A stretch of 64,000 bases of DNA, taken from IMG/VR virus record IMGVR_UViG_3300013132_006127; one strand, 5' to 3'. This stretch comes from a virus. Positions within the stretch are counted from its first letter, which is position 1, and the number at the start of each line of letters is the position of its first letter. Shown here piece after piece: positions 38,476 to 47,927 of the stretch. A program made the position numbers and the translations under genes. Below the pieces are notes generated by a model. It saw nothing but the letters and a program-made list of their open reading frames with translations, was not told where the DNA came from and did not search any database.

Positions 38476-39651
38476 CTATACTCCGAATATAGGATTTTTA
38501 TTTGAATGTATTTGCGAAGCTCTACAGAATTGACTACATCTCGGCATGTGCTTAATAGATCTAGAACCGATATAACAACAACAAGATCTTATTCCACCTA
38601 AAAGTTCTTGAACTATTTTAGTCACTGTTCCTTTATACGTAACACTAATTTTCGTTCCTTCAGAAGCTCTGTAGTCTTTTTTACCTTCTTCAAAAATATC
38701 TTGAGAATGATGAGTACTCATGCCATAGTATGTAAATTTTGTTTTTCTTTTTTCAGTTTCGTTACTGGGGCATATAGGTTGCCACCAGTCAACGGTGTCT
38801 TTATATTCATCTATGTCGTGTTCATTTTTTATTGTTCTTACTAAGGATGCCTTGTACTCATAATCCCATTCTCCGTCACATGCGTCTGATCCTGCAAAGT
38901 ACCCTCCAAGCATAACAAAATCAGCTCCAGCACATAAGGCTTTACAAACATCTCCTACTGTTTTATGTCCACCATCTGAGCATATTAGTCCTAGTTTTTT
39001 AGGACCGTTTTGTAAACCATGAGCAACATAAGAATTCTCTAAACATGAAGATAACTGAGGAACCCCGCATCCTGTTAAAAATCTGGTCGTACAGGCAGAC
39101 CCTCCTCCTATGCCTACTTTTACTATATCAACACCTCCGTAGATTAGTAGTTCTTGCGTTGATGCCGTATGGGTAACATTTCCTGCGATAATAATAGATT
39201 CTGGAAAATGTTCTCTTACTTTTTTGCAATACTTAACAAATACATCCATATGTCCATTTGGAACATCGACACATATATTAGGTTGTTTTCCTCCCATATG
39301 TTTTTTTAATTCGAGTAAATGTTCAAGATCACTTTTTTTATACCCAATAGAAACAAAAGTATAATCTATATTTTCAGGATGCTTATAAAAATAATCGGCA
39401 AGTTTTAATGGGCAATGATATTTATGTAAACAAGCTATCATTTTATGTTTAGCTAATTCTTTTGCCATATCAAAAGAACAAAAACTCATATTAGCACATA
39501 TAACAGGAATACCTGTCCATGTTCTAGTAGAGTGATAAAATTGAAATGTTCTCTCTAAATTAATTTCAGATCTACTTGTAAGAGTGGATCTTTGAGGAAC
39601 TATAAGAACATCATCAAAATCCAATTTTAGTTCATTTATTATTTTCTGCAT
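38476..39651 (-). CDS. guaC: GMP reductase
   Basis: KLDFDDVLIVPQRSTLTSRS, ANM, LHKY, DVPNG, GIGGGSACTTR, SDGG, YGMS, YRASEG; start MQKIIN at 39651. Confidence 0.92.
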   Translation of the reverse strand: MQKIINELKLDFDDVLIVPQRSTLTSRSEINLERTFQFYHSTRTWTGIPVICANMSFCSFDMAKELAKHKMIACLHKYHCPLKLADYFYKHPENIDYTFVSIGYKKSDLEHLLELKKHMGGKQPNICVDVPNGHMDVFVKYCKKVREHFPESIIIAGNVTHTASTQELLIYGGVDIVKVGIGGGSACTTRFLTGCGVPQLSSCLENSYVAHGLQNGPKKLGLICSDGGHKTVGDVCKALCAGADFVMLGGYFAGSDACDGEWDYEYKASLVRTIKNEHDIDEYKDTVDWWQPICPSNETEKRKTKFTYYGMSTHHSQDIFEEGKKDYRASEGTKISVTYKGTVTKIVQELLGGIRSCCCYIGSRSIKHMPRCSQFCRASQIHSNKNPIFGV

Positions 39652-40384
39652 ACTCTTTCCATGTGGGATAAGGTGTGGATCTAAGATTATTTGATGTAAA
39701 GGGAGACCTATGGTTATAGTAGTGCCAGATAGGATCCTGTACATAGGTTCCATTTTTAGCTCCTATGTTTTGAACTCTTGATATCATAGGTCGTACCTGA
39801 GAATATTTATTTTTGAATAGGTTTTCTTGTAAATGAGAATCCCAAGACTGAGGATTCATAAAATCTAATTGTTTTGTCCAGTTATCTAGTATTATATCTT
39901 TCTTAGATTTCCAGAAAGCACAACCCCAGCAGCAAAAAAATTGTTCATCAAATACTGAAAAATAATTATTACTATCCAATTCTTCTGTTTTATTATAACC
40001 TGATATAGAAATAACAGAATTAGAATTTTCATATTTACATAAAGAATAGACATAGAAATCTATAGCATCATATGCTAGTACCGTATCATCTTCTAAATGT
40101 AGAATTGCTTCATGATTATTAATAGCTTCCGTTATGGCTTCTTGAGTATTCTTATTGCAGCCCACGGGAGGTTTATTACACGTTATTTTAGTCTCTATCC
40201 AATCTATATCTTCAATTAATTTTAAAACAGCATCATTATTATAATCAATATGTGGATAGAAAACAAAATTATGTTTACCATAATAAGATAGAGACTCTTT
40301 AAGAGAATCTATAACTTGCTTAAGATAATCCGCTCTTTTGTAACAAGTAAGAGAGATACCTAGGTCTATATCAGTGTTTTTCAT
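39632..40384 (-). CDS. GT-A-fold glycosyltransferase (GT2-like)
   Basis: TCYKRADYL, HLEDD, CWGCAFW, SWD, SRVQNIG. Confidence 0.8.
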   Translation of the reverse strand: MKNTDIDLGISLTCYKRADYLKQVIDSLKESLSYYGKHNFVFYPHIDYNNDAVLKLIEDIDWIETKITCNKPPVGCNKNTQEAITEAINNHEAILHLEDDTVLAYDAIDFYVYSLCKYENSNSVISISGYNKTEELDSNNYFSVFDEQFFCCWGCAFWKSKKDIILDNWTKQLDFMNPQSWDSHLQENLFKNKYSQVRPMISRVQNIGAKNGTYVQDPIWHYYNHRSPFTSNNLRSTPYPTWKEYAENNK

Positions 40385-40577
40385 AAAGTATTTTTAAGAA
40401 GAAATCCGTATCAAAACAATCATCTTTGTGCCATCCTCTTTCAGAGACACAAATTGTTGGAGAAAAAATTATTCCTTTTCCATAGAATTTTTCCAACACA
40501 GCAAGTATAGCTGATTCTATGGTTTGTTTGTCTATCACAGATTGCATACTACCAGATTGTATATAATATTTAGGCAT
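40371..40577 (-). CDS. Hypothetical protein
   Basis: MPKYYIQSG...VSERG; overlapping operon junctions. Confidence 0.6.
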   Translation of the reverse strand: MPKYYIQSGSMQSVIDKQTIESAILAVLEKFYGKGIIFSPTICVSERGWHKDDCFDTDFFLKILYEKH

Positions 40578-41115
40578 TGTTTTCTATGTTAAAAAAATAC
40601 CATCTTTTATAGAAGTCAATCTCGGGACTACTGTTGATATACACTATATGGTTTTTTAATTCTGACCACGATGAAAAAATCATTTGATGGGGAATCGTAC
40701 CGAATAACCAGTCTGGAGTATGTTTCTTTCCTTGTACCATATGTATAAGAATTGGTTTCTTTTGTCTATTAGCCCAAAAAATTTCTTCTAGAGTACCACA
40801 AGGATGAATTTCTAAATCTAGATTGACAATTAAAAAATCACTAATATCAACCATCCTGAGATCAACGTTTCTAATTTCTTTCATTAGTTTAGTTAATTCA
40901 TCATAATTTTCTTCATGCTTTAATTTTTGTTTAATTCCATGAGTATTTTCATCTTCAACACCTATATTAATTGGTTTATATATAGGATTCAATACTCTAA
41001 CACCCATATTCTTTAAGAATGGCGTTATATCGTCTCTCCATGTTGCTCCTCTGTCAGCCACTCTATCCATTGGCCCAGCAAGATATACTCTCTGATGATT
41101 TAGTCTATTTAACAT
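40570..41115 (-). CDS. Nucleoside 2-deoxyribosyltransferase / NMP-glycosidase-like protein
   Basis: VYLAGPM, WR, VLNP, DLRMVDISDFLIV, GTLEEIFWA. Confidence 0.82.
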   Translation of the reverse strand: MLNRLNHQRVYLAGPMDRVADRGATWRDDITPFLKNMGVRVLNPIYKPINIGVEDENTHGIKQKLKHEENYDELTKLMKEIRNVDLRMVDISDFLIVNLDLEIHPCGTLEEIFWANRQKKPILIHMVQGKKHTPDWLFGTIPHQMIFSSWSELKNHIVYINSSPEIDFYKRWYFFNIENNA

Positions 41116-41121
41116 CGGTCT

Positions 41122-41262
41122 CTATTCTCTCAATAGATAACTAATAATATTAGGGTATTCTTTGGAAGCTGGTAATTCACCATCTCTAGTATTAGAGATT
41201 TTAGTCATAGCATTGAGTATTCCAACTAATATACCTAAAAAAATAACACATTCTAATAACAT
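41122..41262 (-). CDS. Small membrane protein (46 aa)
   Basis: Manual translation MLLECVIFLGILVGILNAMTKISNTRDG...YLLRE fills the intergenic gap. Confidence 0.5.
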   Translation of the reverse strand: MLLECVIFLGILVGILNAMTKISNTRDGELPASKEYPNIISYLLRE

Positions 41263-41268
41263 GATAAT

Positions 41269-42057
41269 TTAACTCCAAGTTTCAGATTTTCTCCCAGACC
41301 AATTTGTTCCTATCGAACCTAAATGATGCACAGCAAAGTTTAGGGTTTTTTTCTGTGGAAAAGCCCAGTATGTTCTAGCGAAATCCATATCGTACTTGTC
41401 CGCTGTGCTATAGTAGTTGAAAACATTTTGACGGGCTACCAGCGGTTCTCTAATAGAATTAACATGAAATAGATGAAAATATCCATAAAAAAAACATTTT
41501 TCTAATTTAGATACTTTATTCTCATAATCTGTTTTACATTCATATACTTCTCTAGCACATCCAAATAAACATTCTTCTATCGGTATATCATTTGGATTAT
41601 GTATATTCTTATTAGAGTCTTGATTAGTATTGTATATTAATTTTGAGTCTGTGTGTTTTTTTCTACCAAAATACAATGGTATACCGTTACCCACAGAACT
41701 ATCGTTAGGAATAATAATAGATTCTAAGTTTTGCTTATTGTAATAATATTTAAATCTTTCTAAGGATTTATTCAAAACTATGTCTGCATCCAATAGCAAA
41801 ATCCAATCTAGTGATTCTATGTCCAAAGAAAGAAAAAATTCGTTTAGCGCACTAGATTTACTAAATTTATCATTATTATTGTAAAAAGCATCAGTAGCAT
41901 AACAGTTAATATTGTTATCTTTACAGAAATTATGTGTTGGTTCATCTTTTAGATCCGTAATTATAGTGTAGTCATCTATTTCAGATTTATTAAGAACCCA
42001 TGTATAACCCAGTAGGTCCATATAATTCACTGCTACAGATATTGTTTTTATATTCAT
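41269..42057 (-). CDS. GT-A-fold glycosyltransferase-like protein
   Basis: VAVNYMDLL, FSKSSALN, LLLDADIV, GYFHLFH, HLG...NWSGR. Confidence 0.7.
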   Translation of the reverse strand: MNIKTISVAVNYMDLLGYTWVLNKSEIDDYTIITDLKDEPTHNFCKDNNINCYATDAFYNNNDKFSKSSALNEFFLSLDIESLDWILLLDADIVLNKSLERFKYYYNKQNLESIIIPNDSSVGNGIPLYFGRKKHTDSKLIYNTNQDSNKNIHNPNDIPIEECLFGCAREVYECKTDYENKVSKLEKCFFYGYFHLFHVNSIREPLVARQNVFNYYSTADKYDMDFARTYWAFPQKKTLNFAVHHLGSIGTNWSGRKSETWS

Positions 42058-42063
42058 TTTATT

Positions 42064-42246
42064 TTATTTTAACAAATGATCAATTTCGCTATAATCTTTT
42101 CGAGATATTGAATCAAAACTTCTTATTTGTACAGCCAATTGCCTGGCTATCTGTTCCAATTTACCAACAACTTTGGGGTCATCTTTGTGCTTATACAATA
42201 ATCTTTTTGCTAACCACATCAAAAATTCACAATCAGACATATTCAT
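42064..42246 (-). CDS. Hypothetical protein
   Basis: 60 aa ORF coupled by ATGA overlap. Confidence 0.55.
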   Translation of the reverse strand: MNMSDCEFLMWLAKRLLYKHKDDPKVVGKLEQIARQLAVQIRSFDSISRKDYSEIDHLLK

Positions 42247-42809
42247 CTGGACGCACCATAGTTATAAACAAACACTTTTTGATCACTCCAAATATCTTCA
42301 ATCAAATCAGAAACAAACTCCCATCTACCTCCAGCTAAACCTGTACCAAACTTAGGACAATGAATCTCAAAGTTTTCTGATGAGTCTTCTTTCTTTAGAT
42401 TCTTGGTATGATGCTTAACTTTTATCATACACTGTACCAAAGCAGCATAGTTTAATGGTCTACGATTATTTTGTCCTCTTAAACCATTTTGTGCTATCAT
42501 ATTGACAAAAATAAGTTTATGACGATATTTATTGTTGTGATTAATATCTACACACTGTATATTTCCAAGACTATTCTTTAGTACTGTTGGTCCTATCAGA
42601 TGATAATTTTCTTTAACCGAAGGATATTTTTCCGCTAATACTCCAGCAAAACCAGCTCCGAAAGAATTAATATTATTGCAAACATGAGGAACTATTATAG
42701 ATGATCCATTTGGACCGGCATTCAATCTATCGTAAATAAAATTAAATAAGTCACCATTATATAGACTGTAAGTTACATTGTAATCGTTTAAAACTTTAGA
42801 CTTTTGCAC
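42243..42809 (-). CDS. Macrodomain protein (Poa1p/TARG1/DarG-like ADP-ribosyl hydrolase)
   Basis: GDLF, PHVCNN..SFGAGFA, NMIAQ, IHCPKFGTGLAGGRWE. Confidence 0.85.
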   Translation of the reverse strand: MQKSKVLNDYNVTYSLYNGDLFNFIYDRLNAGPNGSSIIVPHVCNNINSFGAGFAGVLAEKYPSVKENYHLIGPTVLKNSLGNIQCVDINHNNKYRHKLIFVNMIAQNGLRGQNNRRPLNYAALVQCMIKVKHHTKNLKKEDSSENFEIHCPKFGTGLAGGRWEFVSDLIEDIWSDQKVFVYNYGASR

Positions 42810-42830
42810 CGTACACCTCCGTTGATCTGA

Positions 42831-43079
42831 CTATACCAGACGGTTCCACTTTTGTAAAGGGCATTCTTGATCGGCCCAGGCTAATTTATTCATGAAAATC
42901 TTTTTTTGGCTAATCGCACAGCCACAAACACCACATTCTGATCTTAGTTTATTGAACTTTTCACAAGTCAAACATATTTCATATCTTTGATTAATCTGTG
43001 CTTGGGTGGATTTTGGAAATCCTGCATAAACATGAAACCACAAAGACTTAAGAAACGTTTGTATTTTGAGTAATATCAT
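42831..43079 (-). CDS. Small Cys-rich metal-binding protein
   Basis: RYEICLTCE...CGVCGC...ECPLQKW. Confidence 0.7.
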   Translation of the reverse strand: MILLKIQTFLKSLWFHVYAGFPKSTQAQINQRYEICLTCEKFNKLRSECGVCGCAISQKKIFMNKLAWADQECPLQKWNRLV

Positions 43080-43299
43080 CTTTAGCAGTCTCTTTAAATG
43101 GAATAATATTGTTTTCTTTATCTAATCTATATATCACAAGATGATCGATTAAAGTATTGCTATTAAACCACCTAGATGCTCCTTTGGTAAGAGACACACA
43201 TAATCTATCATTATTTTTCTTAAAATCTGTGGTAACGATAAAAAATTCATTATTAATTGAAAAACAATCTCCACACTCAAGTTCCTCTACAAATTTCAT
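43048..43299 (-). CDS. Hypothetical protein
   Basis: 83 aa ORF in operon. Confidence 0.6.
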   Translation of the reverse strand: MKFVEELECGDCFSINNEFFIVTTDFKKNNDRLCVSLTKGASRWFNSNTLIDHLVIYRLDKENNIIPFKETAKDDITQNTNVS

Positions 43300-43364
43300 A
43301 CAGTATCTCCGTTACTGTTCTTATAGTAAGAATCGGAGAAGAAATCACAAGATACGTAACTATA

Positions 43365-44669
43365 CTAATTTATTGGCTCTATGTTTACAATAAAACGTCC
43401 TCCTAAAGCAACTTTACTGTGTTCTACCGCGAAAAAGTTATAGTTTCTAAAATTATAACGCACAACAATATTATCTCCTGAAGTATTACCAGAATAATCT
43501 ATTGATGCTATTCTATTCTCTGATCCAAGATCGATATATAGGTCACTAGTATCCGTTTGTGTTTTCTTTGTGATATTATTACAGTTTTTTATTTTAATTT
43601 TTATTTGTTTAGGAAAGGTATGTTTTGGTATTTCCGTAGAACATATTTGTTGATTACCATTTGGTCCTAATAAAGAAGTACCTCCCTTCCACCAATTATT
43701 ATCAGGGTCTGGCGGAAATTTAACATCGTAAAGAACAGGATGTTTACTTTGATCTTCTACAAGAGTTGCTACATATTTTTTTTGTTCATATTCATGAAAC
43801 TTTGATAACTCTTGTGCGGACATAAGAGTTTCTATAAAACAATTTACTACTGTTGGATTAATAATATAATTTTTTGCTGGTATAGCTGAACCTACTTGAT
43901 AAATTTGTTCTCTTTGTATTTCACATTTAATAGTAATAGAAATAATTCTTAAATCTTCTATATCTCCGTATATTCCTCCTTGCCCTGTAGGGAGTATGCT
44001 TTCTTCAAAATCGATATTACTTCTATTTGCGACAATTACATTATCCGGAATCACGTCCCTATTAGGAGCAGGGATACACCCAGGATTGGCTGGACAATCT
44101 GGTGGCTCAACTAGTGGATTTCTGGATCCATCTTGAGGATTCTGAGGCTCAAGAAAACTGTCTGATGATAGCCAATTTTTATTATTACCTTGCAAAGTAA
44201 TTTTTTCTGAAAAATTATCAGGTGTTAAAGTATATTCTATATTAGAAATAGACATACCAGTACATCTAACCGTCTGTATAGGTTCCCCGCTCGCAAAACT
44301 ATTAGTATCTGGCCAAATACCAAGATACATATCTGATCTTCTTTGACCAAGATCATAGATGTTTTTTTTGCTACTATCTGCAACTATACCTTGTGTAAGC
44401 AAAAGATATAATGGAGGTTTATTATCTATAATTTTAGATAATTCCATCTCGATATTGGTATCGGTTTTGAGTTGGTCGTACAATGCTAAAGAGCCAAATT
44501 GAGGTACTGGTTCGTAGTCCATTTCTGTGTTCAGAGAAACACTTTGCAAACCTTGTAATTTAATTTTTTGACCAAGTTTAACACCAAAAGAATCTATTGG
44601 CTCGGCTGCTACTGCTTGTATAGCATAATATATTCTTTTATTTTTATGTTCCTCATTTTTGTTTGACAT
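43365..44669 (-). CDS. Tail-tube-like structural protein (possible divergent paralogue)
   Basis: NKRIYYAIQAV...GLQSVSLNTE...PQFGSLALY...; second half REQIYQVGS; beta-rich tube-type architecture. Confidence 0.45.
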   Translation of the reverse strand: MSNKNEEHKNKRIYYAIQAVAAEPIDSFGVKLGQKIKLQGLQSVSLNTEMDYEPVPQFGSLALYDQLKTDTNIEMELSKIIDNKPPLYLLLTQGIVADSSKKNIYDLGQRRSDMYLGIWPDTNSFASGEPIQTVRCTGMSISNIEYTLTPDNFSEKITLQGNNKNWLSSDSFLEPQNPQDGSRNPLVEPPDCPANPGCIPAPNRDVIPDNVIVANRSNIDFEESILPTGQGGIYGDIEDLRIISITIKCEIQREQIYQVGSAIPAKNYIINPTVVNCFIETLMSAQELSKFHEYEQKKYVATLVEDQSKHPVLYDVKFPPDPDNNWWKGGTSLLGPNGNQQICSTEIPKHTFPKQIKIKIKNCNNITKKTQTDTSDLYIDLGSENRIASIDYSGNTSGDNIVVRYNFRNYNFFAVEHSKVALGGRFIVNIEPIN

Positions 44670-44673
44670 ATTA

Positions 44674-44874
44674 TTACTTGTAATAGTCTTTCCATTCTTC
44701 CCACAACTCTTCTTCTTCTAAGTTTCTCATCTTATTTTTGAGCTCTTTTTTGAGAGCACTATTTCTAAGACTTTCTTCATTTTTTTCTTTTTTATCTAAA
44801 TTCTTATTTTGAAGAGTTTCTCGTCTAACAATCTTCCTATCAACTTCTGCGTTTTGTTTTTTGTTTTTTTTCAT
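44674..44874 (-). CDS. Small charged protein
   Basis: Lys-rich with EEEELWEEWKDY tail. Confidence 0.6.
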   Translation of the reverse strand: MKKNKKQNAEVDRKIVRRETLQNKNLDKKEKNEESLRNSALKKELKNKMRNLEEEELWEEWKDYYK

Positions 44875-44927
44875 TTCTGGTTAATTTTAAAATCGAAAAG
44901 TACCTTGTCTTATCGAAGGCTTATCTT

Positions 44928-45008
44928 AATATACTAAGAGGAACGGTTTTGTCAACCTTGCAAGTACACAAAATCACCTTGACTATCTCTACAAATCCAT
45001 TATATGTT
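44928..45008. promoter_or_regulatory. Back-to-back sigma70-type promoters
   Basis: Minus: TTGACA (44955-44950)-N16-TATATT; plus: TTGACT (44979-44984) with TATATG/TATGTT 16-18 nt downstream. Confidence 0.55.
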
Positions 45009-45034
45009 ATACAGCCGGGGTGATAATACTTCTT

Positions 45035-46684
45035 ATGAATACTACTCTAGTTACTGGTATTTGGGATCTTAACAGGTCTGATCTTTCAGATGGCTGGGCA
45101 AGAAAATTTGACCATTATATCAATAACTTTAAAAATTTACTGGAAGCAAATAAAAAGACTCCTATGGTTGTCTTTATAGATCCAGATATAGAGGATATAG
45201 TATGGAGCGTAAGAGATAAAAGCAATACCAAAGTAGTACATCATAAGAAAACAGACTTTGGAGGTAGCTTTTTCCCATTTTTTGATCAGGTTCAGTCAAT
45301 AAGAACAAACCCTAAATGGTTATCACAAGTGGGTTGGCTAAAGGATAGCACACAAGCCAGACTAGACTACTACAATCCACTAGTTATGAGTAAAATGTTC
45401 ATGCTGCATAACGCTAAAATATTCAATTTTTTTAATACGGACTATATATTTTGGATAGATGGTGGGCTAACTAATACTGTTCATCCGGGTTATTTTAGTC
45501 ATGATAACGTCATAGAAAAACTTGAAACAATAGTTGATAAATTTTTGTTTGTCTGTTTTCCATATGAAACAGAAACCGAAATTCACGGGTTTGATATTAA
45601 TGGAATGAAAAAATATTGTCAATCTGATAATGTGTCCAGAGTTGCAAGGGGAGGCTTTTTTGGTGGACACGTAGAAGAAATTTCTAAAGCAAATGATCTA
45701 TATTATACTTTACTAAAAGACTCATTAAGCGAAGGATTAATGGGTACAGAAGAAAGTATATTTACTATCATGACTTATCTAGATCCTGATACTTACAAGA
45801 TAGAAATGATAGAAGACAATGGCCTTGTTTCTACTTTTTTCGAGAAACTAAAAAATATTAACCTAGAAGATAAATCTGTTAAGTCTAACAAAAAACTGCA
45901 TACTAATAATGATATTTTAGTTTATATCAACACTTTTAATACTCCAGCACAACTAGAGTTATTATGTGCTTCATTTTTACAGTATGCTCCTAAATTTTTA
46001 AATAATTCTAAAGTAGTATTAATTAATAATTCAACAACAGAGTTTGATGAAGCATATGATGAAATATGTCATAAATATAGTTTCTTTCAACAAGTTAAAA
46101 AAGGCAATTTAGGAGTTTGCGGAGGTAGACAGTTTGCGGCAGAGCATTTTGCAAATACTGGTAGTAAGTATATGTTTTTCTTTGAAGACGATATGCTTGT
46201 CGATCTAAGCGATACAAAATGTGATTTTGGCTTTAGTAAGAGTTGTCCTGACTTTTACGACACAGTAATTAGAATAATGGACAGAGAGAATTACGATTTT
46301 TTGAAATTAACCTTTAGTGAATTTTATGGACACAACGGAGAACAATGGGCTTGGCATAATGTTCCTCAAGAAAAGAAAAAAGAATATTTTGGAGATATAA
46401 AAAAGAAGCCTCTTACAAAGTTTACAAATATAAAAACTTTCAATAGAACCCCCTATGTTGAAGGCGAAATTTATTATTCTAATTGGCCACAAATTGTAGG
46501 TCAACAAGGCAACAAGACTATGTTTTTAGATACAACTTGGACGTATCCTTACGAACAAACATGGATGAGTCACATATATACACTGACAAAACAAGGTAAA
46601 GTTAATCCTGCTTTACTATTACTTAGCCCTATAACCCATAATAGAGTATATTTCTATGGCAAAGACGAAAGAAAAGAAAACTGA
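45035..46684 (+). CDS. HtrL/WlaTC-like glycosyltransferase fused to a GT-A domain
   Basis: TTLVTGIWD, YNPLVMSKMFML, FWIDGG, GGFFGG, GTEE; second domain FFEDDM; start ATG at 45035. Confidence 0.75.
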   Translation: MNTTLVTGIWDLNRSDLSDGWARKFDHYINNFKNLLEANKKTPMVVFIDPDIEDIVWSVRDKSNTKVVHHKKTDFGGSFFPFFDQVQSIRTNPKWLSQVGWLKDSTQARLDYYNPLVMSKMFMLHNAKIFNFFNTDYIFWIDGGLTNTVHPGYFSHDNVIEKLETIVDKFLFVCFPYETETEIHGFDINGMKKYCQSDNVSRVARGGFFGGHVEEISKANDLYYTLLKDSLSEGLMGTEESIFTIMTYLDPDTYKIEMIEDNGLVSTFFEKLKNINLEDKSVKSNKKLHTNNDILVYINTFNTPAQLELLCASFLQYAPKFLNNSKVVLINNSTTEFDEAYDEICHKYSFFQQVKKGNLGVCGGRQFAAEHFANTGSKYMFFFEDDMLVDLSDTKCDFGFSKSCPDFYDTVIRIMDRENYDFLKLTFSEFYGHNGEQWAWHNVPQEKKKEYFGDIKKKPLTKFTNIKTFNRTPYVEGEIYYSNWPQIVGQQGNKTMFLDTTWTYPYEQTWMSHIYTLTKQGKVNPALLLLSPITHNRVYFYGKDERKEN

Positions 46685-47927
46685 AAATACTATTTTTGTA
46701 CAAATAGCATCATATAGAGACCCTCAGTTAATACCAACACTAAAGGACATGCTTGATAAAGCTAAAAATCCTGACAATTTAAGAATTGGTATAGCTTGGC
46801 AACACAAGAAAGAGGACGAGTGGGATAATCTAGATGAATTTAAAAATGATCCTAGGTTCAAAATTATAGATATTAATTATGAAGAGTCAAAGGGCGTGTG
46901 CTGGGCCAGACACTCTGTTCAACAGCTATATAACGGTGAGACATATACTCTTCAATTAGACTCTCATCATAGATTTGCCAAAGATTGGGATCAAACTTTA
47001 ATAGATATGCTAGTATCTTTACAAAAAGAAGGATATAAAAAACCACTTATTACAGCTTATATACCAAGTTTTGATCCAGATAACGATCCTGGCGCAAGGG
47101 TTAATGAGCCTTGGAAAATGACATTTGATAGATTTATACCAGAAGGAGCGATCTTTTTTCTACCAGCATCATTTGATTCATTTGACGCTAAAGACAAACC
47201 CCTTAGAGGAAGATTTTATTCTGCTCACTTTGCTTTTAGCGTTGGCGATTTTGCTGTAGAAGTGCAACATAATCCAGAGTACTATTTTCACGGTGAAGAA
47301 ATAAGTATTGCTGTTAGAGCTTTTACTCATGGATATGATATATTCCATCCTCATAAGGTTGTGTGTTGGCATGAGTATACCAGAAAAGGAAGATCTAAAC
47401 AGTGGGATGATGATAAGGAATGGGTTAAGAGAAATAATGAGTCTCACAGACAAAACAGGGTTTTATTCGGTATGGATGGTGAGACAGGTTCGATTGATCC
47501 CAAATATGCTTTTGGTAATGTTAGAAGTTTAGATGATTATGAAAAATATTCTGGTATATGCTTTAAAAGGAGAGCTATTCAACAATATGTATTGGACCAT
47601 AAAGAGCCGCCAAATCCTAAATATGAAAATGAAGAACAGTGGCAAAAATCTTTGTTAAATATTTTTAAACATTGTATAGATATATCATATAATCAGGTAC
47701 AAGAAAAAGATTATGACTTTTGGTGCGTGGCATTCCATGGAGAAAATGATGAAACTATATATAGACAGGATGCTAGTCCAGAAGAAATCGCTAATTATTT
47801 TAAAGATACTGATGGATATTGTAAGGTATGGAGACAGTTCAATACAGATAAAAAACCTAAGTATTGGGTAGTATGGCCTCACTCAATAAGCAAAGGGTGG
47901 GGAGAAAGAATTACTGGACAATTATGA
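46656..47927 (+). CDS. GT60-like polypeptide alpha-GlcNAc transferase (Gnt1-like)
   Basis: IFVQIASYRDP, SKGVCWAR, LQLDSHHRF..DWD, YFHGEEI...RAFTHGYD..HP...WHEY. Confidence 0.8.
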   Translation: MAKTKEKKTENTIFVQIASYRDPQLIPTLKDMLDKAKNPDNLRIGIAWQHKKEDEWDNLDEFKNDPRFKIIDINYEESKGVCWARHSVQQLYNGETYTLQLDSHHRFAKDWDQTLIDMLVSLQKEGYKKPLITAYIPSFDPDNDPGARVNEPWKMTFDRFIPEGAIFFLPASFDSFDAKDKPLRGRFYSAHFAFSVGDFAVEVQHNPEYYFHGEEISIAVRAFTHGYDIFHPHKVVCWHEYTRKGRSKQWDDDKEWVKRNNESHRQNRVLFGMDGETGSIDPKYAFGNVRSLDDYEKYSGICFKRRAIQQYVLDHKEPPNPKYENEEQWQKSLLNIFKHCIDISYNQVQEKDYDFWCVAFHGENDETIYRQDASPEEIANYFKDTDGYCKVWRQFNTDKKPKYWVVWPHSISKGWGERITGQL

